A stretch of 63,377 nucleotides of DNA, the filler included, from Octopus bimaculoides (taxonomy: Eukaryota): the NCBI RefSeq assembly GCF_001194135.2. It is 8 parts of 8 records of this genome, joined end to end, with 100 filler letters (N's around TTAATTAATTAA, not from the genome) between each part and the next. Parts side by side here need not be neighbours in the genome. Positions count along the whole stretch, not along the records: positions 52,220 to 55,504 come from NC_069008.1; positions 55,605 to 62,034 come from NC_068992.1; positions 62,135 to 63,377 come from NW_026430556.1; 5 more parts are not named here. One strand, given 5' to 3'. Of this stretch, positions 52,120-63,377 are shown piece by piece. Position numbers and translations under genes: made by a program. Every line of letters begins with the position of its first letter. The stretch's first letter is position 1. The notes under the pieces were generated by a model. It was not told where the DNA came from. It did not search any database and worked only from the letters and a program-made list of their open reading frames with translations.

Positions 52120-53412
52120 NNNNNNNNNNNNNNNNNNNNNNNNNNNNNNNNNNNNNNNNNNNNTTAATTAATTAANNNNNNNNNNNNNNNNNNNNNNNNN
52201 NNNNNNNNNNNNNNNNNNNATATATATGCTGTATTCCTCAATTTTAGATGTACTTGACCCCCTACCTTCCAGCTCAAAGGAAGATGCTCTTGAATAATTC
52301 CATCGCACACCACAATCTCTCAATCTTTCAGAACAGAACGACCAAGTGCTGCTAACATTTTGCAAACATCCGCTTGAAGCCGGAACTTTTAAAACACCAG
52401 ATTCGTCAGAAACAATATCGTGGTTTCTGTCCTCTGGTTCTTTCACAAGAAGTTAGTTCCCTCGTACCTTAGAGGATGGGCCTAACTCCGCCAATACAGC
52501 CGTTGCGTTTATTATCAAAGATAGCCTAAGTAACGTTCTGGCTGTTTCTACTTTCGGTCTTGAAATTTCTACAGTCTCTATTCGAAACCATTTATTTTCT
52601 CTCCCTCTTTTCTGTTTTTTTGTTTTTTTATTAATGCTATCGTATTTGAAGGCATAAAAGACCCACATTCATATTAGAAGCTCTACAATTTCTCCAGCAC
52701 ATATTCAGGGGGGAAAATGTTTTCAGTGATTCAGTGAAGTAACCCCCAATCGGTTGACATCATCAACTGATGTTTCATTAAAGTCCAGTTGAGATCATCA
52801 ATTGGTGTTTCAAAAAGTTCACATGAATACAACCATGATCAATTGATGCTCAAATGATTACTTTGTCAAATGTGCGCAAAAGTGCTTTTATAGATAAGAA
52901 AACTCAAGTCAAATAGGAAGGATTTATTCTGACTTATATTCATCATTAGATGACGTTGATGATGATGTTCGAGACAGCAAAGAAGAAAGTGACGATTCAA
53001 ATAGTTCTTGGAGGGAAAAGTCCACCGATTTTTTTTTCCATTGACAACAACAATGCAGGTACCTCAAGTGAATTTCTGCTCATGCTGGATAGATAGGAAA
53101 AGACGTCACTTTTCGATAATAAGATTGTAAATAATATTGTGTGAAAGACTAACAGTTACTACAGGCTTTGTAACTCTTTAAAGTGAAAATAAGTTATAAA
53201 ATTACTCCTGAGAAAAAAAGATGGTTTCTAGCCATGTTGGCATCGTTTAAGGGCTAAAACATATCATATAAAGATGACCTCGCATATAAGACACGCTAGT
53301 TTCATTGAGATATTTGTTTTGGAGAGAGAGCACGCCTTAGAAGCTATAAATTAAGGAAAATCTAGTATGAAATATATAACAATAACAATGTTATTACAAG
53401 TATGTAATACTG

Positions 53413-53452
<40 letters not shown>

Positions 53453-53868
53453 NNNNNNNNNNNNNNNNNNNNNNNNNNNNNNNNNNNNNNNNNNNNNNNN
53501 NNNNNNNNNNNNNNNNNNNNNNNNNNNNNNNNNNNNNNNNNNNNNNNNNNNNNNNNNNNNNNNNNNNNNNNNNNNNNNNNNNNNNNNNNNNNNNNNNNNN
53601 NNNNNNNNNNNNNNNNNNNNNNNNNNNNNNNNNNNNNNNNNNNNNNNNNNNNNNNNNNNNNNNNNNNNNNNNNNNNNNNNNNNNNNNNNNNNNNNNNNNN
53701 NNNNNNNNNNNNNNNNNNNNNNNNNNNNNNNNNNNNNNNNNNNNNNNNNNNNNNNNNNNNNNNNNNNNNNNNNNNNNNNNNNNNNNNNNNNNNNNNNNNN
53801 NNNNNNNNNNNNNNNNNNNNNNNNNNNNNNNNNNNNNNNNNNNNNNNNNNNNNNNNNNNNNNNNNNNN

Positions 53869-53921
<53 letters not shown>

Positions 53922-54433
53922 CTTGACTATTACTAGTATATATTATATCCGATATGAACGGAATTTGATGGCGTACAATTGACACCAGCATTTTAAACAA
54001 ATCCAAATTTCATCACCGCATATTTAGGAAAAGAAGGTATATAGTACATTGAAAGATGTAGTATAGGACCAACTTACCATACCGGCTCCGCGTTGATTTG
54101 TTGAGACATTTGTTTTGTTTAAAAAAAAATGCACTTTGTGTGCCATAAAATACGACACTTTCTTACAGAGCATTATATTTCAAGTTAAGCCGTATAATTT
54201 TTTGTTTTCTTTCTCAGACTTCCTTCGTTTCACACACGGTCTATTTCCCTCATGTCATTCTATCTTTCTTCTTTCAGGAATTCTCTTCGCTACTCTCTAA
54301 CACATTTTCACTCTCTTTCCCTTTCTCTCCTTATATATTAAATTTCACGTCTTTTTCTTTAATCTCTCTCCCCCTCTCTTTCTCTCTCTCTTCCATACTT
54401 TTTCTTTCCCCTCTGATAATCTTAGCGCCAAGA

Positions 54434-54764
54434 ATGTCTCAGTTACCATTTACTCGTCCAACTGCAATAAGAGTGCTGCTGTTAACCCTTACAACAATCT
54501 TGGTTGTTACCTCAGATCAGGAATTTGATTATGCTTACTACAAACGTTTGGGACCTGGTTATTCCTATGGTTATCTTCAGACACCTCCAACACAACAATT
54601 CTCCACCGTATCAAGTGCACTGGAATGTGCCAGCATCGCTCTAAACAGCCAATCAGAATTCATTACTTACAACAACGTCAGCCATGTTTGTAAGAATTAC
54701 TCACCGAAAAATCTAATGACAGTCGTCAGCACGAATGACAGCAACGAGATTTCCTTCTATAGAA
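54434..54764 (+). CDS. Exon encoding a secreted protein N-terminus: signal peptide plus PAN/Apple-like module
   Basis: Long polypyrimidine tract (54340-54415) and ttag|C acceptor at 54425, ATG at 54434, hydrophobic VLLLTLTTILVVTS signal-like stretch, then SSALECASIALNSQSEFITYNNVSHVCKNYS (S-x-LECA...F-x-YN...C-K-x-Y, PAN/Apple-like, only 2 Cys). Strong phase-1 donor AGAA|gtaagt at 54764/54765. Non-repetitive 110-codon frame. Confidence 0.75.
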
Positions 54765-54834
54765 GTAAGTGAAGCATTATTATTAAAGAAATTATTATTG
54801 TTGTTGTAGTTATTATTATTTCTCTTTATCACAG

Positions 54835-54869
54835 GTTTTGTTGGAGCTCCTGGAGTTTTATATGAGTAG
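54835..54869 (+). CDS. Possible short terminal exon of the PAN-like gene (SFVGAPGVLYE*)
   Basis: Acceptor tttctctttatcacag|GT after a 70-nt intron (54765-54834). In phase with the upstream donor it gives 11 codons then TAG. Only splice signals support it. Confidence 0.3.
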
Positions 54870-55022
54870 CGGACTTGGTACATGCAGCCTACAGTACCAT
54901 GCTATCCATTCTTTTCAACTATCTAATACTTTCCTCATTATTCTGGCCATGCCAAGGAAACAAACCTTTTGTAAAAGATCTACTGGGCACTTTATTCCAA
55001 TTACCTTTACCCAGTAGAAGTG

Positions 55023-55029
<7 letters not shown>

Positions 55030-55063
<34 letters not shown>

Positions 55064-55070
55064 CATTATT

Positions 55071-55121
<51 letters not shown>

Positions 55122-55503
55122 ATTGCATTTGCACAGCTTCTAACGCTGGAGATGTACTACGGTGTCAGCTGTTCACTACCAGTGAACTAAGGTAACACCT
55201 CTTATTTTCCGAGTACCTTCTGGAGTACTCGAGCGGTCCCAAGCAGTGCTGTTTTCTGCAAGTGCTCCACCCTTATTGCTTCCCCTATTTGTTCCACGTA
55301 CTTCTCGAGATTTTTGTTCACTGTTCTCAGGGCTCCGGCAATTATTGATACTACTGCTACCTTTTTCATCGACCACAACTGCTTAACTTCCCAAGCTAAC
55401 CTGTCATATCTCTCAACATTTCTTTCTTCCTTATCGCATACCTTGTTGTCAGCTGGGCATGCTATATCTATGATCCAGCATACTTTGTTTTCTTTCTCAA
55501 TTA
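55030..55503 (-). mobile_element. 3' end of an RLE-endonuclease non-LTR retrotransposon (R4/Dong-like)
   Basis: Minus frame reads IEKENKVCWIIDIACPADNKVCDKEERNVERYDRLAWEVKQLWSMKKVAVVSIIAGALRTVNKNLEKYVEQIGEAIRVEHLQKTALLGTARVLQKVLGK* (stop at 55204-55202). IIDIACP, GAL and LQKTALLGTAR are typical RLE C-terminal motifs. A short 3' UTR and (CAA)n/(TAA)n tail follow. The 5' side runs into a gap. Confidence 0.85.
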
Positions 55504-55604
55504 ANNNNNNNNNNNNNNNNNNNNNNNNNNNNNNNNNNNNNNNNNNNNTTAATTAATTAANNNNNNNNNNNNNNNNNNNNNNNNNNNNNNNNNNNNNNNN
55601 NNNN

Positions 55605-55632
<28 letters not shown>

Positions 55633-55638
<6 letters not shown>

Positions 55639-56584
55639 GGTGTTTTCAAAAAATTAAATAATTTTTTTTTTCTTTTACAATGTTAAAGTGTGTTAAGCAT
55701 TGAAAATATATTTTGTAACGTTCATAAAGTTCAATTAGCACTTTCGTTCGTTTGTAGTAATCATCAGATTTCAAAATGTATTCGCAGTATCCAATGTAAT
55801 GATAACAGATGTGGAATGTGTCAATACGTGCATACTGGTAGATTCATTAGAACAAAAAAATGGTCACATTTTCACAAATGCAGACATTTGGCGAGACAGG
55901 GAATGCATTACCGGAACGCTAAAGAGTTCACAGACAACAAATCCGGAACACAAATTTTCGCCAAATTCCATTGAGCGAAAATATAGAAACATGTGGTCAG
56001 AAAATGTTTCTAATTTGTTTTCCTTTTCACAAACTGCAAGTGAGGCTAGAAGAAAGATAAAAAAAAAACAGTTTATAAAAATGTTCAAACCTGTTCTGAA
56101 CAGAAATACCAACAATAATATGATGACCATTTAATGATGTAGATTGAAAAATGTCTTTAATATGTCAGTATAAACAAATTATAAATGATTCCCACTAATT
56201 GAAATAACAACGACCGAAACTAACTAAATTTGTCCACTCATGTAAACTGCATTCTAATTGGTTAAAATATAAGCGGGATCCATGCCAGTGATATCGATGC
56301 GCCCGGCTAACCGTGACGTTTAAACTGTGTGCGGATTGTTCAAGACCGTATTCCAAAATTCAGCTTCTTGGGGCCTTCTAAGAGGTGCAGAAGGGAAGAA
56401 ATCAGTCATTTTACTAGAGTTGTCCAGAGCTCAACCGTCAGTTAAATACATCTTGAAATCTGATGACTACTACGAACGTATGAAAGCGCTAATTAAAATT
56501 TATGAACATTACAAAATATCTTTTAATGTTTAACACGCTTCGACATTGTAAAAAAATTATTTATTTGTTTTAAATACCATAATA
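55633..56584. mobile_element. Non-autonomous DNA transposon with ~150-bp TIRs, TA-flanked (Tc1/mariner-like)
   Basis: 55633-~55782 (tattaaggtgtttt...tttgtagtaatcatcagatttcaaaatgtatt) aligns with the reverse complement of ~56444-56584 (aatacatcttgaaatctgatgactactacgaac...aaataccataata). Ends read TA-TTA(A/T)GGT. No recognisable transposase inside. Confidence 0.8.
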
Positions 56585-56990
56585 AAAAACGTGAAAACCA
56601 GACCACGTTTAAACTTGATTCACCTGATATATTATTCTATACATTTACACAAATTTGGTANNNNNNNNNNNNNNNNNNNNNNNNNNNNNNNNNNNNNNNN
56701 NNNNNNNNNNNNNNNNNNNNNNNNNNNNNNNNNNNNNNNNNNNNNNNNNNNNNNNNNNNNNNNNNNNNNNNNNNNNNNNNNNNNNNNNNNNNNNNNNNNN
56801 NNNNNNNNNNNNNNNNNNNNNNNNNNNNNNNNNNNNNNNNNNNNNNNNNNNNNNNNNNNNNNNNNNNNNNNNNNNNNNNNNNNNNNNNNNNNNNNNNNNN
56901 NNNNNNNNNNNNNNNNNNNNNNNNNNNNNNNNNNNNNNNNNNNNNNNNNNNNNNNNNNNNNNNNNNNNNNNNNNNNNNNNNNNNNNNNNN

Positions 56991-57032
<42 letters not shown>

Positions 57033-57559
57033 GTGTCTGTGTGTGTGTCTGTGTGTGTGTGTGTATGTGTACAGGATTTGTCACTGTGTTACTTGTAAAA
57101 AAAAATGCATATATCAATATTTCAAAACTTATATAATGTTCTGGAAAAAAATAATCAGCAAAACGTCATATATCTTATTTAAATGAATAGTGCAGAATTT
57201 ATTTTGCAAACATACAATGGAAAAAAATGAAGAGCGCATAGATAATGTAATTAAGTAAAATATATTTTATGATTACAGCATGAAACTTTTGGCAGGTAAT
57301 ATTAAGTAAACATGATGAGACAGTATCCTAAGGAATGTACAAATGAACTGGAGACAGCTTAGTCGTTTTTAGCTTATTTGTATGAAAAATTTCATTTCCA
57401 TTTTACTGGTTCTATTGAGTTTGCTGAATCTGTCTCCTTCATGAAAATGTATACATTCATTTAACTTTAATATTTCAATTTACGACATTCTGATTTAAAA
57501 TAGTCACATACAGACATATATGCAATAATGTATGCGCGTTTGTGTGTGTGTGTGTGTGT

Positions 57560-57601
<42 letters not shown>

Positions 57602-57939
57602 NNNNNNNNNNNNNNNNNNNNNNNNNNNNNNNNNNNNNNNNNNNNNNNNNNNNNNNNNNNNNNNNNNNNNNNNNNNNNNNNNNNNNNNNNNNNNNNNNNN
57701 NNNNNNNNNNNNNNNNNNNNNNNNNNNNNNNNNNNNNNNNNNNNNNNNNNNNNNNNNNNNNNNNNNNNNNNNNNNNNNNNNNNNNNNNNNNNNNNNNNNN
57801 NNNNNNNNNNNNNNNNNNNNNNNNNNNNNNNNNNNNNNNNNNNNNNNNNNNNNNNNNNNNNNNNNNNNNNNNNNNNNNNNNNNNNNNNNNNNNNNNNNNN
57901 NNNNNNNNNNNNNNNNNNNNNNNNNNNNNNNNNNNNNNN

Positions 57940-57970
<31 letters not shown>

Positions 57971-58899
57971 TAAATTATCTACTAAATGTATACTAAACGT
58001 ATATCCAATATCTGTACTAAAATAAGTGCCTGTATGTTGAGTACCAAGTTTTCATTTGATTTGAATGTGGCATGGAAGAAATATTTATCATTCCTCTCTA
58101 ATGAGTTGATAACAGTAGAGAGAAATAAGGAAGTTATTCCAAGGTGTGAAATAGATTGATCCATGATGCAAGGCAAACATCAGGAGTCACGTAGGATAGA
58201 CTGGACGCACCGTACGTTAGACCAAACTCTAAGATCTATTCAGTTACTCAGGCAATCTCCTGTATTCTCGTACAACGTTCAGTTGTGTGGGCCTTATCTT
58301 TCCATTGAACATAGTATGCGAGTTGGTCTGATGAGCACACTGTTCTAATTCACTTTGACAAAAATATTTATGCTAATCTACTACTCAGATTGCATGGCAC
58401 ACAAATGACAGCGACAGCTCCAACTATGACAAAATTATTCTTGGTTTGGAGAGTAATAAAAAAAATCTACATATTCGCTACAATGAAATGCCGGGTTTCA
58501 GATACGCGGAGGGTGTAATACAGATGGAAACAGTCGTAAATTGCAGCCCTAATCGAAGTAATTCCGACCCTCATTAAAGTGTTGCGTACTTACTCATAAG
58601 GTTCATTGATTGATTTTACCTGAAATTTTCCTAAGTCATAGAGGGCCGACCTTAGTTGTCAACACTGAAGATACTACACAATTATGAAAATGGAATGCAG
58701 GAATATCCGTAGCTTCAGACACACGGAAGTTTTAGAAAGAAAATAATGTTTTTTCTTCTTTATTGTTCTCTCCTCGTTGATTTATTTATTTATACATTTA
58801 TTTCTTGCAGTGACTAGATCATCCTGAAATTGAACAGATGAACTCTCATCACCATACACACAACCAGTCAGATACACGTCTGCCTTAAAATCTTTTACT

Positions 58900-59100
58900 T
58901 CTAATTTGTTTCAGTTATAGGACTGCGGCCATGCTGTGGCACCACGTTGGAGAGTTTTAGTCGTACAATCTGACCGTAGTATTTATGTTTTTTTTTACAT
59001 CTGTTACTTTTTCTCTCGGCCTATTCTACCGAACCGCTAAGTTAAAAAAAAAATTGAAGGAATCAACACCGACTGTCAAAAGCTGGTGCTTGGACAACTA
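58900..59100 (-). mobile_element. SINE family A 3' half
   Basis: ttttacttctaatttgtttcagttataggactgcggccatgctgtggcacc ... ctattctaccgaaccgctaag. Confidence 0.7.
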
Positions 59101-59184
59101 CATAGAAAATTACACTCATCTACACACATACACACGCACACACACACACACACACATACATACATACACACATACATACATACA

Positions 59185-59220
<36 letters not shown>

Positions 59221-61979
59221 TANNNNNNNNNNNNNNNNNNNNNNNNNNNNNNNNNNNNNNNNNNNNNNNNNNNNNNNNNNNNNNNNNNNNNNNNNNNNNN
59301 NNNNNNNNNNNNNNNNNNNNNNNNNNNNNNNNNNNNNNNNNNNNNNNNNNNNNNNNNNNNNNNNNNNNNNNNNNNNNNNNNNNNNNNNNNNNNNNNNNNN
59401 NNNNNNNNNNNNNNNNNNNNNNNNNNNNNNNNNNNNNNNNNNNNNNNNNNNNNNNNNNNNNNNNNNNNNNNNNNNNNNNNNNNNNNNNNNNNNNNNNNNN
59501 NNNNNNNNNNNNNNNNNNNNNNNNNNNNNNNNNNNNNNNNNNNNNNNNNNNNNNNNNNNNNNNNNNNNNNNNNNNNNNNNNNNNNNNNNNNNNNNNNNNN
59601 NNNNNNNNNNNNNNNNNNNNNNNNNNNNNNNNNNNNNNNNNNNNNNNNNNNNNNNNNNNNNNNNNNNNNNNNNNNNNNNNNNNNNNNNNNNNNNNNNNNN
59701 NNNNNNNNNNNNNNNNNNNNNNNNNNNNNNNNNNNNNNNNNNNNNNNNNNNNNNNNNNNNNNNNNNNNNNNNNNNNNNNNNNNNNNNNNNNNNNNNNNNN
59801 NNNNNNNNNNNNNNNNNNNNNNNNNNNNNNNNNNNNNNNNNNNNNNNNNNNNNNNNNNNNNNNNNNNNNNNNNNNNNNNNNNNNNNNNNNNNNNNNNNNN
59901 NNNNNNNNNNNNNNNNNNNNNNNNNNNNNNNNNNNNNNNNNNNNNNNNNNNNNNNNNNNNNNNNNNNNNNNNNNNNNNNNNNNNNNNNNNNNAGAGAAAT
60001 AGTAGTTTTGGCTGCTATTTCTAACTTTCGCTGTGTGGTGAAGCAATTCTTGCTAATTCTCTCTCTCTATATATATATATATAAATAAGGATTAGATCGA
60101 TATTTAAAAATATTGATCTTATCAAGTGGCCAGCATGGGAATAAAAACCATCAAAGGTAACAATTATTTAAAATTATAATATAGGGTATCTAAGAGATAC
60201 CGCCACGCTGAAAATAACAATCAAATCTTGACTCTAAACCACAATAAATGTTCATATAGCACGAAGAGCGAAGACGAAGACAAAATAAACTAGCAAAAAT
60301 ACTGGATAATTACAGATCCCGGATTTCTGGCTTTGCATAATAAAATGATTTGCCTTCATCAGTGGAAATGCACTCAGAAAAGCACATAAATATATATATA
60401 TATAAAATTAGCAATAATTGCCTATATATATAATGGGCTTCCACACAGTTTTCGTCTACCAAGGTGTTGGTCGGAACAGACACGATACTTGCTCAAGTTT
60501 CCGTGCAATGGCACTGAACAGGATACTCCATGTTTGCAATGTGATATTCTCAACAAGAAAGCCATGTACAAGTAGAGAGTCAGGAAACACTTCTGAATTC
60601 AATGTGTTTCTGATGTGTTTGGGTAACATCAACGCCTACATATTTCTCAATGGAAAATATGTAAAATTCAATGGAATTTTATTTGTTACATTTCCTTATT
60701 AAGTGATGAATTTTAAATGTATATTCATTGTTTGTGTATAATTCTCTGAATTTTAAATTGATTAATCATTCTAAATTTGGATACATCCTTTGAATATTTC
60801 TACTCAAAAATGAATCGTGTATTATATAAATTAAATATTTGCAATGGATGCCGTTTTGCCAATAATCTTGAGTTGACCAAATATTCGCAGGTGAAACTGC
60901 ATTCATAGTAATTGTGCAGAAGCTCATTGTGGGGAACTATACTTCTTTTGATAGGTATTAGATGTTATAGTGATTTGTGTTAATGTTTCTCTCGGCTTTT
61001 CTCCTTCTTTCTCCTTCGCTCTCTTACACACATTTTCTCTAAGTGAGTGAGCATATTTCTTGTATGTGTGCTTTATGCACATAAGGCGAGGTAAAGTGTT
61101 TATGACAATCGTATTCACTTAATGAACTGTAATATTTCTCTTTCCAGCCCCACTCTTACTTCATATCAGTATGTCTGTATACCTACGTAGCCGTGCATGT
61201 ATATGTGTGTGTGCATTTGTCTCCAGCAGGAAAAAGTAGTATCACCAAAACAGGTTGAATGTTTACTTAGCCATTCCAAATCGTCAGCATCAAATCAGAT
61301 ATGTTATCGTTTAATTCCGCAGCCTAATTTCAAGTTTCTTTTCCTTTTTTTCCACCACAAGGAGCGTTATTATTTGTTTCTTCTCCAAATACAAGCAATC
61401 CGCAAGCACGGTAAAAGTTCGCCAACTCACCTACGTTTAATAAGTCATAAAATAAATCTTCCAATATGAGTTTGGAGATTTTACGTATCAACAGAGGAGA
61501 ATGATTCTATTCCAAGCACAGAAGAACGTCAAAATAGCTTTGCACGAAACATGATAGAAATCAAAATTGTATAATTTTCTATCTACCTACTTTCGAATAA
61601 ATAGATAAAAATCTAAATCAATAAGAGATTGAACAAATTTTAGAGGTATTTTATTCCTTATATAAAATACAAAAACTAATAACCAATTTTCATAAACGTA
61701 ATAGAAAAGTAATTTAAAACGCCAGCAATATATGCAAAACCAATTTGACATATCTCAGCAGGTGATATGGTACATATTGATTATATGCAGTCCATTAATA
61801 GTGAAATCATACCAATGTAGTATGACTGGAATCCGGTTGGCAGCTACTTGGTTTCGATTTCCGTTCATCTGGTATTCACCCAGGGTAAATATAATATGGG
61901 TAGTATCAGCTTAGGTTTCACTCGGCTTCTGAGAAAAATTAGTTAAAAGTTACGTGGATATCCATCGGATACACACACA

Positions 61980-62034
<55 letters not shown>

Positions 62035-62146
62035 NNNNNNNNNNNNNNNNNNNNNNNNNNNNNNNNNNNNNNNNNNNNTTAATTAATTAANNNNNNNNNN
62101 NNNNNNNNNNNNNNNNNNNNNNNNNNNNNNNNNNAGTCAAACATAA

Positions 62147-62179
<33 letters not shown>

Positions 62180-62183
<4 letters not shown>

Positions 62184-62880
62184 GAGTGAGGGAGACAAAA
62201 TCAAATGTATGGACGAGCTCGCGATACCGTCGGGGGAAGTTATGAAGTAGATAAAAGAGACGGGCTATAAATACTTGGGGATACTGGAAATGGATAAGTT
62301 GATGGAGAACGAAATGACAGAAAAATTTAAGGTGGAGTACTTGCAAAGACTGAGACTGATCCTTAAGTCGAAATTAAACGTACGGAATAAGATTGAAGCT
62401 ATGGCAGAACACCTAGGCGTTTCACTACTTAGATATGGAGCAGGGGTAATAGCATGGACAGCTTAGGCAGAAAGACAAGGAAGTTACTGACTAGATATGG
62501 GATACTCCACCAAAACGTGACACAGACAGACTGTGTGTATCAAGAAAATGAGGGGGAAGAGGACTTATTGGATGCGAACACAGCATTTACAGCAGAGGAA
62601 AACAACATAGCATGCTGTGCAAAAAATGACACAGAACTACTATTATTGTAAGTAAGATGGTCAAGCTTGTGTAAGATGGAAGATTGCAAAGATAAAGTAC
62701 TGTACGAGGACTTAAGAATGAATGAAACTGAAAATAGGCGGATAAAGAAAAGAATGTATGGACAATTTCATAGGGATGTTGAATATAAGATAGACAGAGA
62801 AAAAAGATGGTTATGGCTGACTAAAAGTGATTTAAAACCGGAAATGGAGGTTCTAGACTGTGCTGCCCAGAAAGATAGAT
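62180..62880 (+). mobile_element. Degraded internal fragment of an R4/Dong-like LINE (RT C-terminus/thumb)
   Basis: Frames give ETGYKYLGILEMD, VEYLQRLRLILKSKLN, LLRYGAGVIAW, RKTRKLLTRYGILH, GGRGL, MYGQFHRD and WLWLTKSDLKPE..AAQ, with stops and frameshifts. Confidence 0.85.
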
Positions 62881-63057
62881 GCCAATAGGCCAGACATTAT
62901 ATTGAAAGACTTCAGACAAAACTCATGCCTCCTCATTGATATGACTGTCCCAATCGACATAGAACTTAGCAACGGGCGAAATACCACTAAGCCTATTGCC
63001 GGCGACTAACGAGTCTGCTAGCTCACCCACTTGAGGATGATGATGATGATGATGATG

Positions 63058-63089
<32 letters not shown>

Positions 63090-63091
63090 TC

Positions 63092-63124
<33 letters not shown>

Positions 63125-63377
63125 ACCGGGGAAGTTTAACATGTGAGAACGATAAATCACTACTCCGAAACTTATCCAAAAACATCGGAAATAAAGACAT
63201 CGCATTGAGCCAAAAAATAGCTGACAAAGGGTTGGACTATATCCGATTAAGTAATACTCATTGAAATTTATTTCTATCTTTCCAAATATAATGATGTATT
63301 TTAACTTGATACCTTCACTACCCGCAGAGCGATCGTAAACACACGTGTTACATCAAAATCAAACCATCTTCGAACCC

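Noticed and set aside
52940-53260. Acidic patch (DDVDDDVRDSKEESDDSNSS) and aagggctaa end suggesting piggyBac
   Set aside because: No matching left TIR or TTAA TSD and no transposase core motifs found; too weak to call.
55799-56134. 111-aa ORF as exon 2 of the PAN-like gene
   Set aside because: It lies wholly inside the long-TIR element and its acceptor is part of the TIR; retained only as an exonisation hypothesis.
12280-60088. Numerous long ORFs rich in X, YI, HT, CV, RE
   Set aside because: Artefacts of N gaps and dinucleotide or tetranucleotide microsatellites.
49910-61830. Possible K2P upstream exon ends (NTIG near 49920, donor at ~54075, YYIG near 61810)
   Set aside because: None is preceded by a pore-helix sequence (W-x-F...F...TV-x-TTIG) in frame.

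Overview
AT-rich eukaryotic scaffold with many N gaps, dominated by microsatellites, SINEs, LINE remnants and non-autonomous DNA transposons. The repeat landscape looks like a coleoid cephalopod, probably Octopus; this is inferred from recalled repeat families, not from a search. Two real coding pieces are visible. (1) A large 3' exon of a two-pore-domain K+ channel (K2P; minus strand, 45903-46582) carries the second half of P1, M2, a long loop, M3, P2 and M4. Its upstream exons are not visible. (2) A plus-strand exon (54434-54764) encodes a signal peptide and a PAN/Apple-like module and lies on the opposite strand upstream of the channel exon, possibly inside its intron. Almost all other ORFs in the track are translations of simple repeats or gaps. 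Structures worth a second look: a sharp CpG-depletion boundary near 5.9 kb, a ~370-bp inverted LINE-tail pair, a 159-bp near-perfect palindrome, a mariner 5'-5' fold-back element, hAT MITEs with clean target-site duplications, a ~950-bp long-TIR element, and RLE-type LINE fragments adjoining (AAT)n tracts. I found no convincing evidence of a wholly new biological system. Repeat coordinates are by-eye approximations unless TIR/TSD positions are given.
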